From Scyliorhinus canicula (lineage: Eukaryota): a DNA stretch of 64,000 bases. Location of the stretch: positions 1 through 64,000 of the forward strand of contig NW_024055479.1 of the NCBI RefSeq assembly GCF_902713615.1. Reading direction: 5' to 3'. Below, one piece after another: positions 12,634 through 25,140 of the stretch (its first letter is position 1; every line of letters starts with the position of its first letter). The notes under the pieces were generated by a model, which did not search any database, was not told where the DNA came from, and saw only the letters and a program-made list of their open reading frames with translations. The translations under genes and the position numbers were made by a program.

Positions 12634-13043
12634 CCGCCAGAAGCATAGTTTTGGTATCAATATTACTGTTTATGAAGCTCAAGGTAGAATTTGCTTTGCC
12701 ATCCATTCTCATTACTGTGACTTGTAGATATACAAAATCCCTCTTCGCCTCTTTCTCTCTCCTCCCAAAGAGGCCAGTTGGGTTTTTTTGACAATCCAGC
12801 AATTTTCATGGTCACTTTTTCCCAGTGCCGGCCCCACAAATGACCAGATTCATTCCGCTCAATTTCACAACCTGCCTTTGTGTTTTTGTGGGTTCTCTCT
12901 CACTCCCTATTTTCTGTTTTGAATCCATTTCACAGGGTGTTCGAAGGGGAGGATTCAAAGTCCGGAAACTCAAACCGAGCATCACATCAGGATCTGACAG
13001 AGCCCTCAATTTATCATATCCTGAATATCATTGTACTTTGAAC

Positions 13044-13790
13044 ATGGAAGGAAAAAGCATTGTTCACAGTGGGGAGAAACCGTACACGTGTTGTGTGTGT
13101 GGACAAGGATTCAGTCAATCATCAGGCCTCACAAGCCACAAATGCAGTCACACGGAGGGGAAACCGTGGAAATGTGCGGACTGTGGGAAAGGATTCACTT
13201 CCCCATCCCAGCTGGAAACTCATCGACGCAGTCACACTGGGGAGAGACCATTCACCTGCTCCAAGTGTGGGAAGGGATTTACTCAGTCATCCACTCTGTC
13301 CATACACAAGCGAGTTCACACTGGGGAGAGGCCATTCACCTGCTCCAAGTGTGGGAAGGGATTCATTAAGTCATCCGCCCTGCTTAGTCACCAGCGAGTT
13401 CACACTGGGGAGAGACCATTCACCTGCCCCAAGTGTGGGAAGGGATTCACTCAGTCATCCGCTGTGTCCAGGCACCAGCGTGTTCACACTGGGGAGAGAC
13501 CATTCACCTGCTCAGAGTGTGAGAAAGGATTCAGTGATTCATCGGCCCTACGGAACCACCAGCGAATTCACACTGGGGAAAGGCCATTCACCTGCTCAGA
13601 GTGTGGGAAGGGATTTACTATTTCAGCCCACCTGCTGAGTCACCAGCGAGTTCACACTGATGAGAGACCGTTTCAATGTCCAGACTGTGGGAAGCGCTAT
13701 AAAAGTTCTGGGAATCTGATGAACCATCAGGGTGTTCACACCGACGAGAGACCGTTTAGGTGCTCTCACTGCGGGACTGGGTTCAGATGA
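13044..13790 (+). CDS. Tandem C2H2 zinc-finger protein, 8 intact fingers, truncated by a premature TGA in finger 9
   Basis: Acceptor CACAG|G at 12935/12936; ATG 13044 [14 protein letters not shown]; eight CxxC-x12-HxxxH units with TGERPF-type linkers; no effector domain. Confidence 0.8.
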   Translation: MEGKSIVHSGEKPYTCCVCGQGFSQSSGLTSHKCSHTEGKPWKCADCGKGFTSPSQLETHRRSHTGERPFTCSKCGKGFTQSSTLSIHKRVHTGERPFTCSKCGKGFIKSSALLSHQRVHTGERPFTCPKCGKGFTQSSAVSRHQRVHTGERPFTCSECEKGFSDSSALRNHQRIHTGERPFTCSECGKGFTISAHLLSHQRVHTDERPFQCPDCGKRYKSSGNLMNHQGVHTDERPFRCSHCGTGFR

Positions 13791-14166
13791 TCATGTGACC
13801 TCACTGTACATCAGCGAATTCACACTGAGGAGAGGCCATTCACCTGTGCCGAGTGTGGGAAGGGATTCACTCAGTCATCCAATCTGTCCACACACCAGAG
13901 AATTCACACTGGGGAGACGCCATTCACCTGTGCCGAGTGTGGGAAGGGATTCACTCAATCATCCGCCCTGTCCACACACCAGCGAGTTCACACTGGGGAG
14001 AGACCTTTCACCTGCTCCAAGTGTGGGAAGGGATTCACGCAGTCATTCGCTCTGTTCACACACCAGCGAGTTCACACTGGGGAGAGGCCATTCACCTGCT
14101 CAGAGTGTGGGAAGCGATTCACCACTTCACCCAACCTGCTGAGACACCAACGAGGCCACAAGTAAC
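13791..14166 (+). pseudogene. Remaining fingers 9-13 of the ZNF gene beyond the premature stop
   Basis: Frame continues [22 protein letters not shown]..; extra C at 14120/14121 shifts the last finger, which otherwise ends [17 protein letters not shown] at 14166. Confidence 0.85.
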
Positions 14167-14889
14167 CATAATGATTGGGTTTTGCTGTTCCTCACATTCA
14201 GGACTGAACCATGTTCATTTGGGTCTCTTTCTGCTGATAACAAACTCCAGCCCTTTTACAGGGGCTAATATTCTGGCTAAAAGTCAAATAAATTGTCTTC
14301 TGGTGGTGTTCGTGAGCGGAGCGGCCGAGTTGAGGAGAAAGCTCCCGCCGGTCCACGATATCGCGGTCTTTTTCGGGGGGCATCCCGCTGTTTAAAAAAA
14401 ATTAAACTTCTCCGGGGCGGCCCTGCCTCCCTCGCCCAAGCGTCAAAGCTCCGTTTGACGAAGCCGGAGGGTTGGAAGGGTGAGGGGGGAAGTGACTGGT
14501 CCCGGTGGGTTCGGCAGAGCGGCTGCACGTGGAGGAGGATTGGGACAACCTGAAAGCCGGACCTGAAAATTTGAAAGGAGCAGCGGGGCGGAGCCAAAGG
14601 GGGGCCGAGGCGGCAGGCCCGAAGCCAGGGTGTAATGTAGGTGAGATTTCCCACATCGGATCGCTCCCGCCTCGAATATGGAAACAAGACTGAAGCCCGG
14701 TCCCAGGGAAATTCTGGAGAAATACAAAAAAGAAGAGAAAAAAGTTTTAAAGAAATGTGGTTAAAGTTTTTTTCCCCCTGTTTTTTCTGAAAGAAGAAAA
14801 ATTTCATGTTTTTTCTATTTAAAAAAAAAAGAGGATTGAAGAAGGAAAGAAGGGTGGAAAAAAAAGGAAAAATAATAATCTGTTAAAGG

Positions 14890-15534
14890 ATGCGAAAAGC
14901 AGCGTTGAGGAAGGGTGGCTCACCGTTGAATGTGAAGATGAGCAAAAGTGCGAACAAGATGACGGAGGCCGGACCACATGGTGGAGCCGCACTACTTATG
15001 GTGATGAAAATGACCGAGGTGATGGCGGTGGAGCTGGAAAAGCTATTTGTGAGGCACATGGAGGCTTTGAGGAAGGACATGGCATTGAAGTCATTGGTGG
15101 AGGATGTAATCGCCCCGGTGAGGGTGGCTGTGGCAAAGACATCGGCCGAGGTGAGAGAGCAGGGCAAGAAGATTAAGGAGGTGGAGGAGGCCCTGTCGCA
15201 GCACAGCGACCAGTTCACGTCGATGGGGGACAAGCTGCGGAGGGTGGTGGAGGTCAACAGAGGACTCCAAGCAAAGCTCGAGGACTTGGAGAACCGCTGG
15301 AAACGGCACAGTCTGAGAATTGTGGGCCTGCCTGAAGGGACAGAGGGTCCAAGGCCAACAAAAAGACCAGCGGTGTTCAGGCGAGTGAAGGCAGCACTGT
15401 ACAAAAAGGGAGTGCGATTTGGTATGGTGTACCCGGCGAAGCTGAGGGTGACATATGATGCCAAAGACTTTTATTTTGAGACAGCAGAGGCGGCTGAGGC
15501 GTTTGTGAGGGTAGAAGGCTTGGGACAGACGTGA
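14890..15534 (+). pseudogene. L1 ORF1 (coiled coil + CTD), RRM region deleted in frame
   Basis: LEDLENRWKRHSLRIVGLPEGTEG joins directly to KRPAVFRRVKAALYKKGVRFGMVYPAKLRVTY at ~15360. Confidence 0.85.
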
Positions 15535-16097
15535 GGAGGGGAGCTGAAAGAGAGACTGTGGACTGTGATTGGTGAGCTGGAAAATGTATAAATGCTATAA
15601 CTTTCATTTCACTGAAGTGTATTGTAATTTACTTCTCTTCACATTGTTGCAGAGTTCAAGTTATTGGTTGAGTTGTTTGGCATTCTGTGTTGCGACGGTT
15701 AGATCTTATTTTAGTGAATTGTATGGGTTGGCTCGTTGGTTTTGTTTTTTCTTGCTCTGGGACTGTGTGGGAGGGGACGATATATCCCCGCGCTAGCTAA
15801 CGAAAGTCGGCTGGTGAACGGAGGTGAGAGGAGGCTGCGGACATTGGAGCCTGGTTGGCAGGTTTCGATGGGCCGACGAGGCGAGCGGGGGAGGGATTGA
15901 TGCTGCGAGATGTTTTTTTGAGAGGAAATGTGGGGGGGGGGGCGTTTGGGAGGGGGGGGGGGAAGGCATTCGATGTTAATAATGGATAGGGGCGGGTCAT
16001 GCTCATGGGGCAGGGCCAGGTGGTATGATAATGGTGGTTAAGAAGTGGGGGGGGGGGCGGCGTTGAGAGACCCCCAGTAAGGATAGACACGTGGAAC

Positions 16098-19000
16098 ATG
16101 AGGGGATTAGGAGATCCGGTCAAGAGGTTAAGGGTGCTTGCGCATCTTAAAAGTTTGAAAGCCGATGTGGCAATGCTGCAGGAGACTCACTTGAGTCTGA
16201 AGGCTCAGGTGAGACTTAAAAAGGACTGGATTAGTCAGGTGTTTCACTCTGGATTTGATGGAAGGGCTCGAGGGGTAGCGGTGTTGGTCAGCAAAAGGGT
16301 ACGCTTCCAGATGGAGAAGGTGGTGGCAGATAAGGGGGGTAGATATGTGATTGTGACAGGGGCGCTGGAGGGGAGGTTAGTGGCGCTGTTAAGTGTATAC
16401 GGTGCCAACTAGGACAATGCGGGATTTGCGAGGAAGGTGTTTGGGGCCATTCCCGACTTGGACACACACAAGCCGATTGTGGGGGGGGGACTGGAACCTG
16501 GTGCAGGAGCCAAGTTTGGACAGGTCACGGCCGCGCTCGCTGGTCCCATCAGGGGGTGCGAAGGCGTTGGCTGGGCTAATGGAGGAAATGGGAGGGGTGG
16601 ACCCTTGGACGTTTCTGCACCCGAGGGAACGGGAAAATTCGTTTTTCTCAGCAGTCCATAAGGTACATTCGCGGATCGACTTTTTCGTGGTGGGGAAGGC
16701 TTTGTTGGCTGGGGTTAAGGGGTCGGAACACTTGGCAATTGCAGTGTCAGATCATGCTCAGCATTGGGAGGATATGATACTGGAGAAGGGGGTAGCGCAG
16801 AGGCCAGGGTGGAAACTGGATGTGGGGCTTTTGGGGAACCAAGTGTTCTGTGAGAAAATTGAAAAGGTAATTAAGGAATATGTAGGTTTCAACTGTACGG
16901 GTGAGGTGCCGAAGGCAGTTGTCTGGGAGGCTCTAAAGGCGGTGGGGAGGGGTGAGGTAATTTTGTTTAAGGCCAGGGTGGACAAAGAGGAGAGGTCAGA
17001 GCAGCAGAGGGTAATAGATGAGATATTGGAGGCAGATAGGAGTTATGCAGAAGATGGGGACCCAGCGAAGGTGGAAAAGAGGACGAAACTACAGGCGAGT
17101 TTCAACCGACTGTCCACCAGGAAGGCGGTGTGCCAACTGAGATGAGCAAGGGGTGCAGTTTATGAACATGGAGATAAGGCTGTTAGCAGGTCAGCTCTGG
17201 AGGGAAGCAGCAGCAATGGAAATTCTTTAGGTGAGGGGTAGGGCAGGGAAGTTGGTTGTGGCCCCGGAGCTGATTAACAAGGTTTCTGAGTTTTATGAGA
17301 GGTTGTACAGGTCACAGCCACCCGAGGGAGACCGTGAGATGCAGGAAGGTGGCAGGGCCGGATGGGTTTCCGGTGGAATATTATAAAAAATTTAAGGATA
17401 AGTTGGCACCCCTGATGGTAGGGATGTTTGAAGAGGCGATAGGGAAGGAGGTGTTGCCACAAACCTTGGGGCAGGCATTGACTTCACTGTTGCTAAAAAA
17501 AAGTAAGGATCCGACGAAGTGTGAGTCGTATAGGCCCATATCACTTCTGAATGTGGACGCAAAAGTATTGGCGAAGGTACTGGCGGGTATTTGGGTCTTT
17601 CTCGGGGTACAAGCTGAACCTGGACAAGAGTGAGTATTTTGTGGTGTCTCGGCCGGGGGGGAGGGGGGGGGGCTGCAATTCCGTAGGGAAGGGACTCACT
17701 TTGGGTATCTGGGGTGCAGGTTGCCCGGGAGTGGGGGAGGCTTCGCAGGTACAACATCACCAGTTTGGTGGGGAGAGTGAAAGCTGACCTGGCGAGGTGG
17801 GATGGTCTCCCTCTGTCACTGGCGGGTCGGGTACAGGTGGTTAAAATGAATATGTTGCTGCGATTTCTGTTTAATTTTCAATGCCTACTGATTTGCCTCC
17901 CAAAGGTTTTTTTCAGGGAGATTGAGGGAAGGATTACCTCGTTCATATGGGGAGGGTAGGTGGCTAGAGTTAGAAAGGTGCCGCTGCAGAGGGGAAGGCA
18001 GGCAGGGGGTTTGGGTCTCCCGAATCTGATGTACTACTACTGGGCGGAGAATGTGCGAAGGTACGGGTCAGAGGGGTTGATTCCCAGTGGGTCAGAGTGG
18101 AGGAGAGTTTGTGCAGGGGGTCGGGACTAAAAGCACTCGCAACAGCGCCGCTCCCGATTGCTCCGGGGAAATACTCAGGGTGTCCGGTAATAATAGCTTC
18201 ATTGAAAATCTGGATGCAGTTTCTCCAACACTTCGGGTTGGGGGCAGGGTCAAGGGAAATGCCGATTCGGGAGAACCACAGATTTGAGCCAGGGAAGTGG
18301 GATGCAAGTTTTCGGAAATGGGAGGAGAAGGGGATTAAGACGCTAAAAGGTTTGTTTCTTAGGGGTCGGTTTGCAGGAGGGAGCTGGAAGCGAAGTATGG
18401 GCTGGAGCAGGGAGAAATGTTCAGATACATGCAGGTTCGAGATTTTGCCAGGAAGGAGATACAGAGCTTCCCAGAGGAATTGGCCTCCACATTGCTGGAG
18501 GAGGTGCTGACGACAAGGGGACTGGAGAAGGGGGTAGTGTCAGCGGTGTACGGAGCTATTTTGGAAGACGATAAGGCACCACTGGAAGGGATCAAAGCAA
18601 AATGGGAGGAAGAGTTGGGAGAGGTTATAGAGGAGGGGGTCTGGTGTGAGGTGCTCCGGAGAGTGAATGCCTCCACCTCGTGTGCGAAGTTGGGGCTGAT
18701 GCAGCTGAATGTGGTATACAGAGCGCACCTCACGAGGGCGAAGATGAGCCAATTCTTTGAAGTAGAATATGTGTGTGAGTATTAGGGGGGAGGGGGGGGG
18801 GGGGCTAATCACATTCAGATGTTTTGATCCTGTCCAAAGCTGGAGGAGTACTGGAAGGAGGTTTTTAGGGTAATTTCCAAGGTGGTGAAATTGGACCTGG
18901 GTCCCCGGGAGGCCATATTCGGGGTGTCGGACCAGCCAGGGTTGGAAATGGGTGCGGAGGCAGATATCGTAGCCTTCGCCTCGTTGATCGCCCGAAGGCG

Positions 19001-19181
19001 GATCCTGCTGGGATGCAGAGCAGCCTCTCCACCCTGTGCCCTGGCATGGCGGGGGGACCTGTTGGAATACTTGACCCTTGAGAAGGTTAAGTTTGAACTG
19101 AGGGGAAGCTCAGAGGGGTTCTACAAGTCATGGGCATTATTCATTGTACACTTTCAAGAACTGGATAACATCGAACATTAG
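16098..19181 (+). pseudogene. L1 ORF2, frameshifted, with the RT catalytic core deleted
   Basis: Fragments in ORFs 16098-16412, 16393-17145, 17295-17633, 17714-17959, 18097-18785, 18882-19181; AKVLA joins FGSFSGYKLN at ~17590 with no QG or YADD motif in between. Confidence 0.85.
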
Positions 19182-19824
19182 TTGGGGGGATGGGTGGGGT
19201 GGGGGGGGGATGGGTGGGGGGAGGGGGGCTGTGGATATTAAGGATGACTATGGATAATCCACAATTCTTTTTGTCCTTTGTTTATGTTAACATGCGGGCT
19301 GATGTTTGGGGGTTGGTGGGAGGATGGGATCGTTGTTATTGTTATGGGGATTGACACATCTGTTGCTGATTATTGTTTATTGTTGGTGGGTGTAAATTCA
19401 GGAGAGAGTGTGAAAAAGGAGAATAAAAATAATTTTTTATAAAATTGTGTAATAACCACAGCGTTGACACCATTTTGAATACTGTGAGATACTCGAGACA
19501 CACCATATGCACAATTATTTGTTGTAAAACACAGCGAGTTGTTGTGATTTGGAATGCACTGTCTATAAATGGTGCTGGAATCTCATTGCACTGTAACTTC
19601 CAAAAGGGAAGTTGTGCATTCTGAAAAAAAAACAAAATAGTCGAACTCTGGGATTAAATGGGTCACTGTACAAAGAGCTGGCACGGGGAAAATAGGCCAA
19701 TTACACTCCTCTGTGCTCGAGGAGCCTTGTGTACATGTAAAGGGAGTGGTAACAACCTGGAACCTACTGCCTATGAGCGTAGGTGATGCAGAAATGACGG
19801 AAGGATTTCAATACGAAATTTGAC

Positions 19825-21292
19825 GGGCACTGAGAGAAATAAACCCACAGCGATTGGGCGGGCACGCAGAGAAATAAACCCACAGCGATTGGACAGGCAC
19901 GCAGAGAAATAAACCCACAGCGATTGGGCGGGCACACAGAGAAATAAACCCACAGCGATTGGACAGGCACGCAGAGAAATAAACCCTCAGCGATTGGACA
20001 GGCACACAGAGAAATAAACCCACAGCGATTGGACAGGCACGCAGAGAAATAAACCCACAGCGATTGGACAGGCACGCAGAGAAATAAACCCACAGCGATT
20101 GGACAGGCACGCAGAGAAATAAACCCACAGCGATTGGACAGGCACACAGAGAAATAAACCCACAGGGATTGGAGGGACACGCAGAGAAATAAACCCACAG
20201 GGATTGGACAGGCACGCAGAGAAATAAACCCACAGCGATTGGACAGGCACGCAGAGAAATAAACCCACAGCGATTGGACAGGCACACAGAGAAATAAACC
20301 CACAGGGATTGGACAGGCACGCAGAGGAAATAAAACCCACAGCAAATTGGACAGGGCACGCAGAGAAATAAACCCACAGCGATTGGACAGGCACGCAGAG
20401 AAATAAACCCACAGAGATTGGACAGGCACACAGAGAATAAACCCACAGCGATTGGACAGCAGGCAGCAGAGAAATAAACCCACAGGGATTGGACAGGCAC
20501 GCAGAGAAATAAACCCACAGCGATTGGACAGGCACGCAGAGAATAAACCCACAGAGATTGGACGGGCACGCAGAGAAATAAACCCACAGCGATTGGGCGG
20601 GCACCAGAGAAATAAACCACAGGATTTGGACGGGCACTGAGAGAAATGAACCCACAGGGATTGACGGGCAACAGAGAAATAAACCCACAGGATTGGAAGG
20701 GCACGCAGAGAAAATAAACCCACAGCGATTGGATAGGCACGCAGAGAAATAAACCCACAGGGATTGGACAGGCACGCAGAGAAATATAACCCACAGGATT
20801 GGACAGGCACCGCAGAGAAATAAACCCACAGCGATTGGACTAGGCACGCAGAGAAATAACCCACAGCGATTGGACAGGGCACGGAGAGAAATAAACCCAC
20901 AGGGATTGGAAGGGCATGCAGAGAAATAAACCCACAGCGATTGGATAGGCACGCAGAGAAATAAACCCACAGCGATTGGACAGGCACGCAGAGAAATAAA
21001 CCCACAGGGATTGGAGGGGCACGCAGAGAAATAAACCCACAGCGATTGGACAGGCACGCAGAGAAATAAACCCACAGCGATTGGACAGGCACGCAGAGAA
21101 ATAAACCCACAGCGATTGGACAGGCACGCAGAGAAATAAACCCACAGCGATTGGGCGGGCACGCAGAGAAATAAACCCACAGGGATTGGACAGGCACACA
21201 GAGAAATAAACCCACAGCGATTGGACAGGCACGCAGAGAAATAAACCCACAGGGATTGGACAGGCACGCAGAGAAATAAACCCACAGGGATT
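19825..21292. repeat. 35-bp minisatellite, about 42 copies (CACGCAGAGAAATAAACCCACAGCGATTGGACAGG)
   Basis: Period 35 read directly (19863, 19898); flanked on both sides by CR1 3'-end sequence. Confidence 0.95.
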
Positions 21293-21482
21293 CGGGGACA
21301 GAATGAGGCAATGGACAGACTGGCTTCCTAAACAGAGAGCTGACATGGTCCCAAAGGGCTGAATGGCCCCATTCCCCACCCTCCACATGCTGTGATCTCA
21401 GGAGAGAAATTCAGCTGCTCCAGTCACTTCAACTGAGTCCCTCATCTCTGGTGCCTTTCTCGTAAATGTCCTCTACCCCTCT

Positions 21483-21833
21483 AGAACATAGAACATAGAA
21501 CAGTACAGCACAGAACAGGCCCTTCGGCCCTCAATGTTGTGCCGAGCCATGATCACCCTACTCAAACCCACGTATCCACCCTATACCCGTAACCCAACAA
21601 CCCCCCCCCCTTAACCTTACTTTTATTAGGACACTACGGGCAATTTAGCATGGCCAATCCACCTAACCCGCACATCTTTGGACTGTGGGAGGAAACCGGA
21701 GCACCCGGAGGAAACCCACGCACACAGGGGGAGGACGTGCAGACTCCACACAGACAGTGACCCAGCCGGGAATCGAACCTGGGACCCTGGAGCTGTGAAG
21801 CATTTATGCTAACCACCATGCTACCCTGCTGCC
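21483..21833 (-). mobile_element. V-SINE, full length
   Basis: Near-identical to 865-1209. Confidence 0.9.
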
Positions 21834-21879
21834 TCTCAAAGAACTTCACATCTTTCCCAAAGTGTGGGGCCCATATATA

Positions 21880-22300
21880 GGTTTCCACTCTAAAGGATAG
21901 AATTGATAAGCTCAGGGTTAGACTACACTGGGAGCACTTTCAACATTGATGATCTCCATTCAGAAAAAGGAAATTGAGGCACTGGAGAAGGTGCAACAAA
22001 CATTCATGATATGCAGAACTGAGAGCATTTAACACTCGGGAAAGGCTGGGGCTGCTTTTTTTGGAAAAGAGAAGACTGATGGGTGACCTGATGGACGTCT
22101 TTCAGATTATGAAGGAATTCAATAATCCAATAGGAAGGTCAGTAGAACCTCTTTACCCAGAGAGTGGTGGGAATGTGGAACTCGTTACCACAGCGAGTGG
22201 TTGAGGTGAACAGCATGAATCCATTGAACGTAAAGCTAGATACATACGTGAGGGAGAAAGGAATAGAAGGAGACGCTGATTGGGGGGGTGGGGTGGGGGG
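21880..22300 (+). mobile_element. CR1 3' fragment
   Basis: VVGMWNSLPQRVVE motif (ORF 22164). Confidence 0.7.
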
Positions 22301-22445
22301 GAGAAGTAGAGGGGTGGGTGGAGGATCATGTGGAGCATACATACTGACACAGACCATGGCTAACCTCAGCCAGTATGGGAATTTAACCTGTGCTGTTGGT
22401 GTCACTCAACACAAACCAGACATCCAGTCAACTGAGCTAACTGAA

Positions 22446-22650
22446 GGGCAGCACGGTGGCACAGTGGGTAGCACTGCTGCCTCACGGCGCCGAGGTCCCG
22501 AGATCCCAGCTCTGCGTCACTGTCCGTGTGGAGTTGGCACATTCTCCCCGTGTTTGCGTGAGTTTTGTCCCCACAACCCAAAGATGTGCAGGGTAGGTAA
22601 ATTGGAAAAAATGAATTGGGTACTCTACAATTATAACAGTAAAAGAAAAT
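22446..22650 (+). mobile_element. Short V-SINE variant
   Basis: GGGCAGCACGGTGGCACAGTGG head, partial V-domain, AATTGGGTAC tail. Confidence 0.8.
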
Positions 22651-22689
22651 TGACCTAACCGATCCCCGTGTAAATCTGTAATGATTCCT

Positions 22690-23265
22690 CAAATATCAGT
22701 GATTGCCTGTCTCCCACCATACTATTCAATGTAGTTTCCCAGTGCACCTCAGGCAACTTGCCCCTCATACTCCGATAGTTTTATTCTGTGAGAAGCATCA
22801 AGATAAATTAAAAAGAACCATGTAACCACCATAGCCCATCTTCATGGCAATGTGGCATGATTTTGGGGGTTTCCAAACATAAATGGTAATGAAACATCTT
22901 CTAACCTCCAAACCCCCTTTCAATCTTTGATCCTTGTGAAATGTGAAACGAGGTATTCGCAAGAAGGCTCAGAGAGAATCAGCCCACTGGAGACGAAGCC
23001 GTGAGACCGGCCAGACCAGCAGAAAGAAACCCTCTGACCATCCCCATTGACCAACAGAATGAACAAAATGCAGTCCTGGGTGTAATTGAGAACAGAAACA
23101 ATAACAGCGGAATCCAATCCCTGTAATCAGTTGTGAACTTGTTGGTGTCTTAGGAAGTGCGATGAATGACTAAATCTCTTCACACATTGAGGGCAGGTGA
23201 ATGGCCTCTCCCCAGTGTGAACTCCCTGGTGTGACTGCAGACGGCATAACCAAGTGAATTGCACA
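22690..23265 (-). pseudogene. ZNF 3' remnant (last fingers plus 3'UTR)
   Basis: [34 protein letters not shown]-stop; UTR paralogous to 28050-28450. Confidence 0.8.
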
Positions 23266-23287
23266 AATATACATGAACAGGTGTGAT

Positions 23288-24355
23288 ATAAGAACATAAG
23301 AACTAGGAGCAGGAGTAGGTCATCTGGCCCCTCGAGCCTGCTCCGCCATTCAATGAGATCATGGCTGATCTTTTGTGGACTCAGTTCCACTTTCCGGCCC
23401 GAGCACCATAACCCTTAATCGCTTTATTCTTCAAAAAACGATCTATCATTATCTTAAAAACATTTAATGAAGGAGCCTCAACTGCTTCACTGGGCAAGGA
23501 ATTCCATAGATTCACAACCCTTTGGGTGAAGAAGTTCCTCCTATACTCAGTACTATAATCGGGATTATGGATACGTGGCTGCAGAATGACCAGGGATGGG
23601 AACTGAATATATTCAGTATTTAGGGAGGACAGACAAAAAGGGAAAGGCAGTGGAGTGGCAGTGCTGGTTAAAGAGGAAATTAATGCAATAGTGAGGAAGG
23701 ATATTAGCTCCAACAATGTGGAATCTGTATGGGTGGAGCTGAGAAACACCAAGGGGCAAAAACATTAGTGAGCATCGTATATAGACCCCCAAACTGCAGT
23801 GGTGATGTTGGGAATGGCATAAAACAGGAAATTAGGCTGATTGGAAAAGTTTCTATAGGTATGTGAAGAGAAAAAGATTGGGGAAGACAAATGTAGGTTC
23901 CTTACAGTCAGAAACAGGGGAATGTATAATTGGGGACAAAGAAATGGCTGAGCAAATAAATACATACTTTGGTTCTGTCTTCACAAATAAGGGCTCAAAT
24001 CAGATACCAGAAATGTTGGGAAAGCAGGATTTAGTGAGGGGGGGAACTGAAGGAGATCAATATTAGGAGAGAAATGGTGTTGGGAAATTGATGGGATTGA
24101 AGGCTGATAAATCCCCAGGGTCTGATAATCTGCATCCCAAAGTACTTAAAAGAAGTGGCTGTAGAAATAGATGGTGGTCACCTTCCAGGATTCTACAGAC
24201 CCTGGAACAATTCCTGCAGATTGGAGTGTGCCTTATGTAATTCCACTATTGAAAAAAGGGATACAGAGAGAAAACAGGGAATTATCGACCAGTAAGCCTG
24301 ACATCGGCAGTGGGGGAAAGTCTAGAATCCATTGCCAAAGATTTTGTAGCAAAGC
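23288..24355. mobile_element. CR1 fragments: 3' end on minus (23288-23560), EN/RT fragments on plus (23570-24355)
   Basis: (AAGAACAT)n tail; MKRKRLGKTNVGSLQSETGE and LKADKSPG.D..HP motifs. Confidence 0.75.
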
Positions 24356-24392
24356 ACTTATAATAATAATCTTTATTGCCACAAGTAGCACG

Positions 24393-24723
24393 GGGCAGCA
24401 CGGTAGCATGGTGGTTAGCATCAATGCTTCACAGCTCCAGGGTCCCAGGTTCGATTCCCGGCTGGGTCGCTGTCTGTGTGGAGTCTGCCCGTCCTCCCCG
24501 TTTGTGCGTGGGTTTTCTCCGGGTGCTCCGGTTTCCTCCCACAGTCCAAAGATGTGCGGGTTAGGTGGATTGGCCAGGCTAAATTGCCCTTAGTGTCCTA
24601 AAAAAAATAAGGTTGTTGGGTTACTGGTATAGGGTGGATACGTGGGCTTGAGTAGGGTGATCATTGCTCGGCACAACATCGAGGGCCGAAGGGCCTGTTC
24701 TGTGCTGTACTGTTCTAATTCTA
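24393..24723 (+). mobile_element. V-SINE, full length
   Basis: Head, V-domain and tail intact. Confidence 0.9.
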
Positions 24724-25051
24724 AAAAAAAAGTAGGCTTACCCCACCCCTGATTAGTTGGAGGTCCATTTCACAAGTCAGGCCTCCAATACCTTCCCGTC
24801 TATTAGTGAACAGGCCCCTTTATTCTCAGCTAAATTCAGCCCTCAGCTCCATCACCTGGCTGCCTTTGACACGAGCAATAGAAACAGAACGGTACCCGAT
24901 GCTCAAATCCGAAGTAAGATTTTGTGGATTAGGACTTCCATAAATGTCAGCACCTTCTTTAAAAGAAATTGAATTCCCAGTCAACAAATGAAAGAATCAC
25001 ACAACGGGCCTTTATGTTTTATGACTTTTAATGCATCAAACTGTTACATGT

Positions 25052-25124
25052 GGGCCAGTGGCGCAATGGATAATGCGTCTGACTACGAATCAGGAGATTC
25101 GAGGTTCGATTCCTGGCTGGCTCG
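25052..25124 (+). tRNA. tRNA-Arg(ACG), variant or possible pseudogene
   Basis: GGGCCAGTGGCGCAATGGATAATGCGTCTGACTACGAATCAGGAGATTCGAGGTTCGATTCCTGGCTGGCTCG; 73-nt cloverleaf, anticodon ACG, TTTT terminator 25135-25138; G50:G64 T-stem mismatch. Confidence 0.85.
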
Positions 25125-25140
25125 GTGTTCAAACTTTTAT

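Larger units (their letters stand above)
14297..19441 (+). mobile_element. L1-clade LINE, near full span but defective
   Basis: CpG-rich 5'UTR, ORF1, APE (QETH, GDWN, SRIDF, SDH), RT N-terminus (GPDGF, YRPISLLNVDAK), C-terminus to TAG 19181, G-rich 3'UTR, AATAAA; candidate 7-bp TSD AAATTGT (14290-14296 / 19442-19448). Confidence 0.9.

Noticed and set aside
13031-14395. Overlapping ORFs in alternative frames of the ZNF genes (also 28483-29323)
   Set aside because: They are shadow frames of the 84-bp finger repeat
14883-15464. 193-aa antisense ORF
   Set aside because: It is the antisense shadow of L1 ORF1
19764-21388. Long Cys-rich ORFs (540, 432, 328 aa)
   Set aside because: They are translations of the 35-bp minisatellite, which lacks stops on that strand; there is no domain structure
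24393-24470. tRNA-like heads of SINEs (many copies)
   Set aside because: They have A/B boxes but no complete cloverleaf and continue into the V-domain, so they are not tRNA genes
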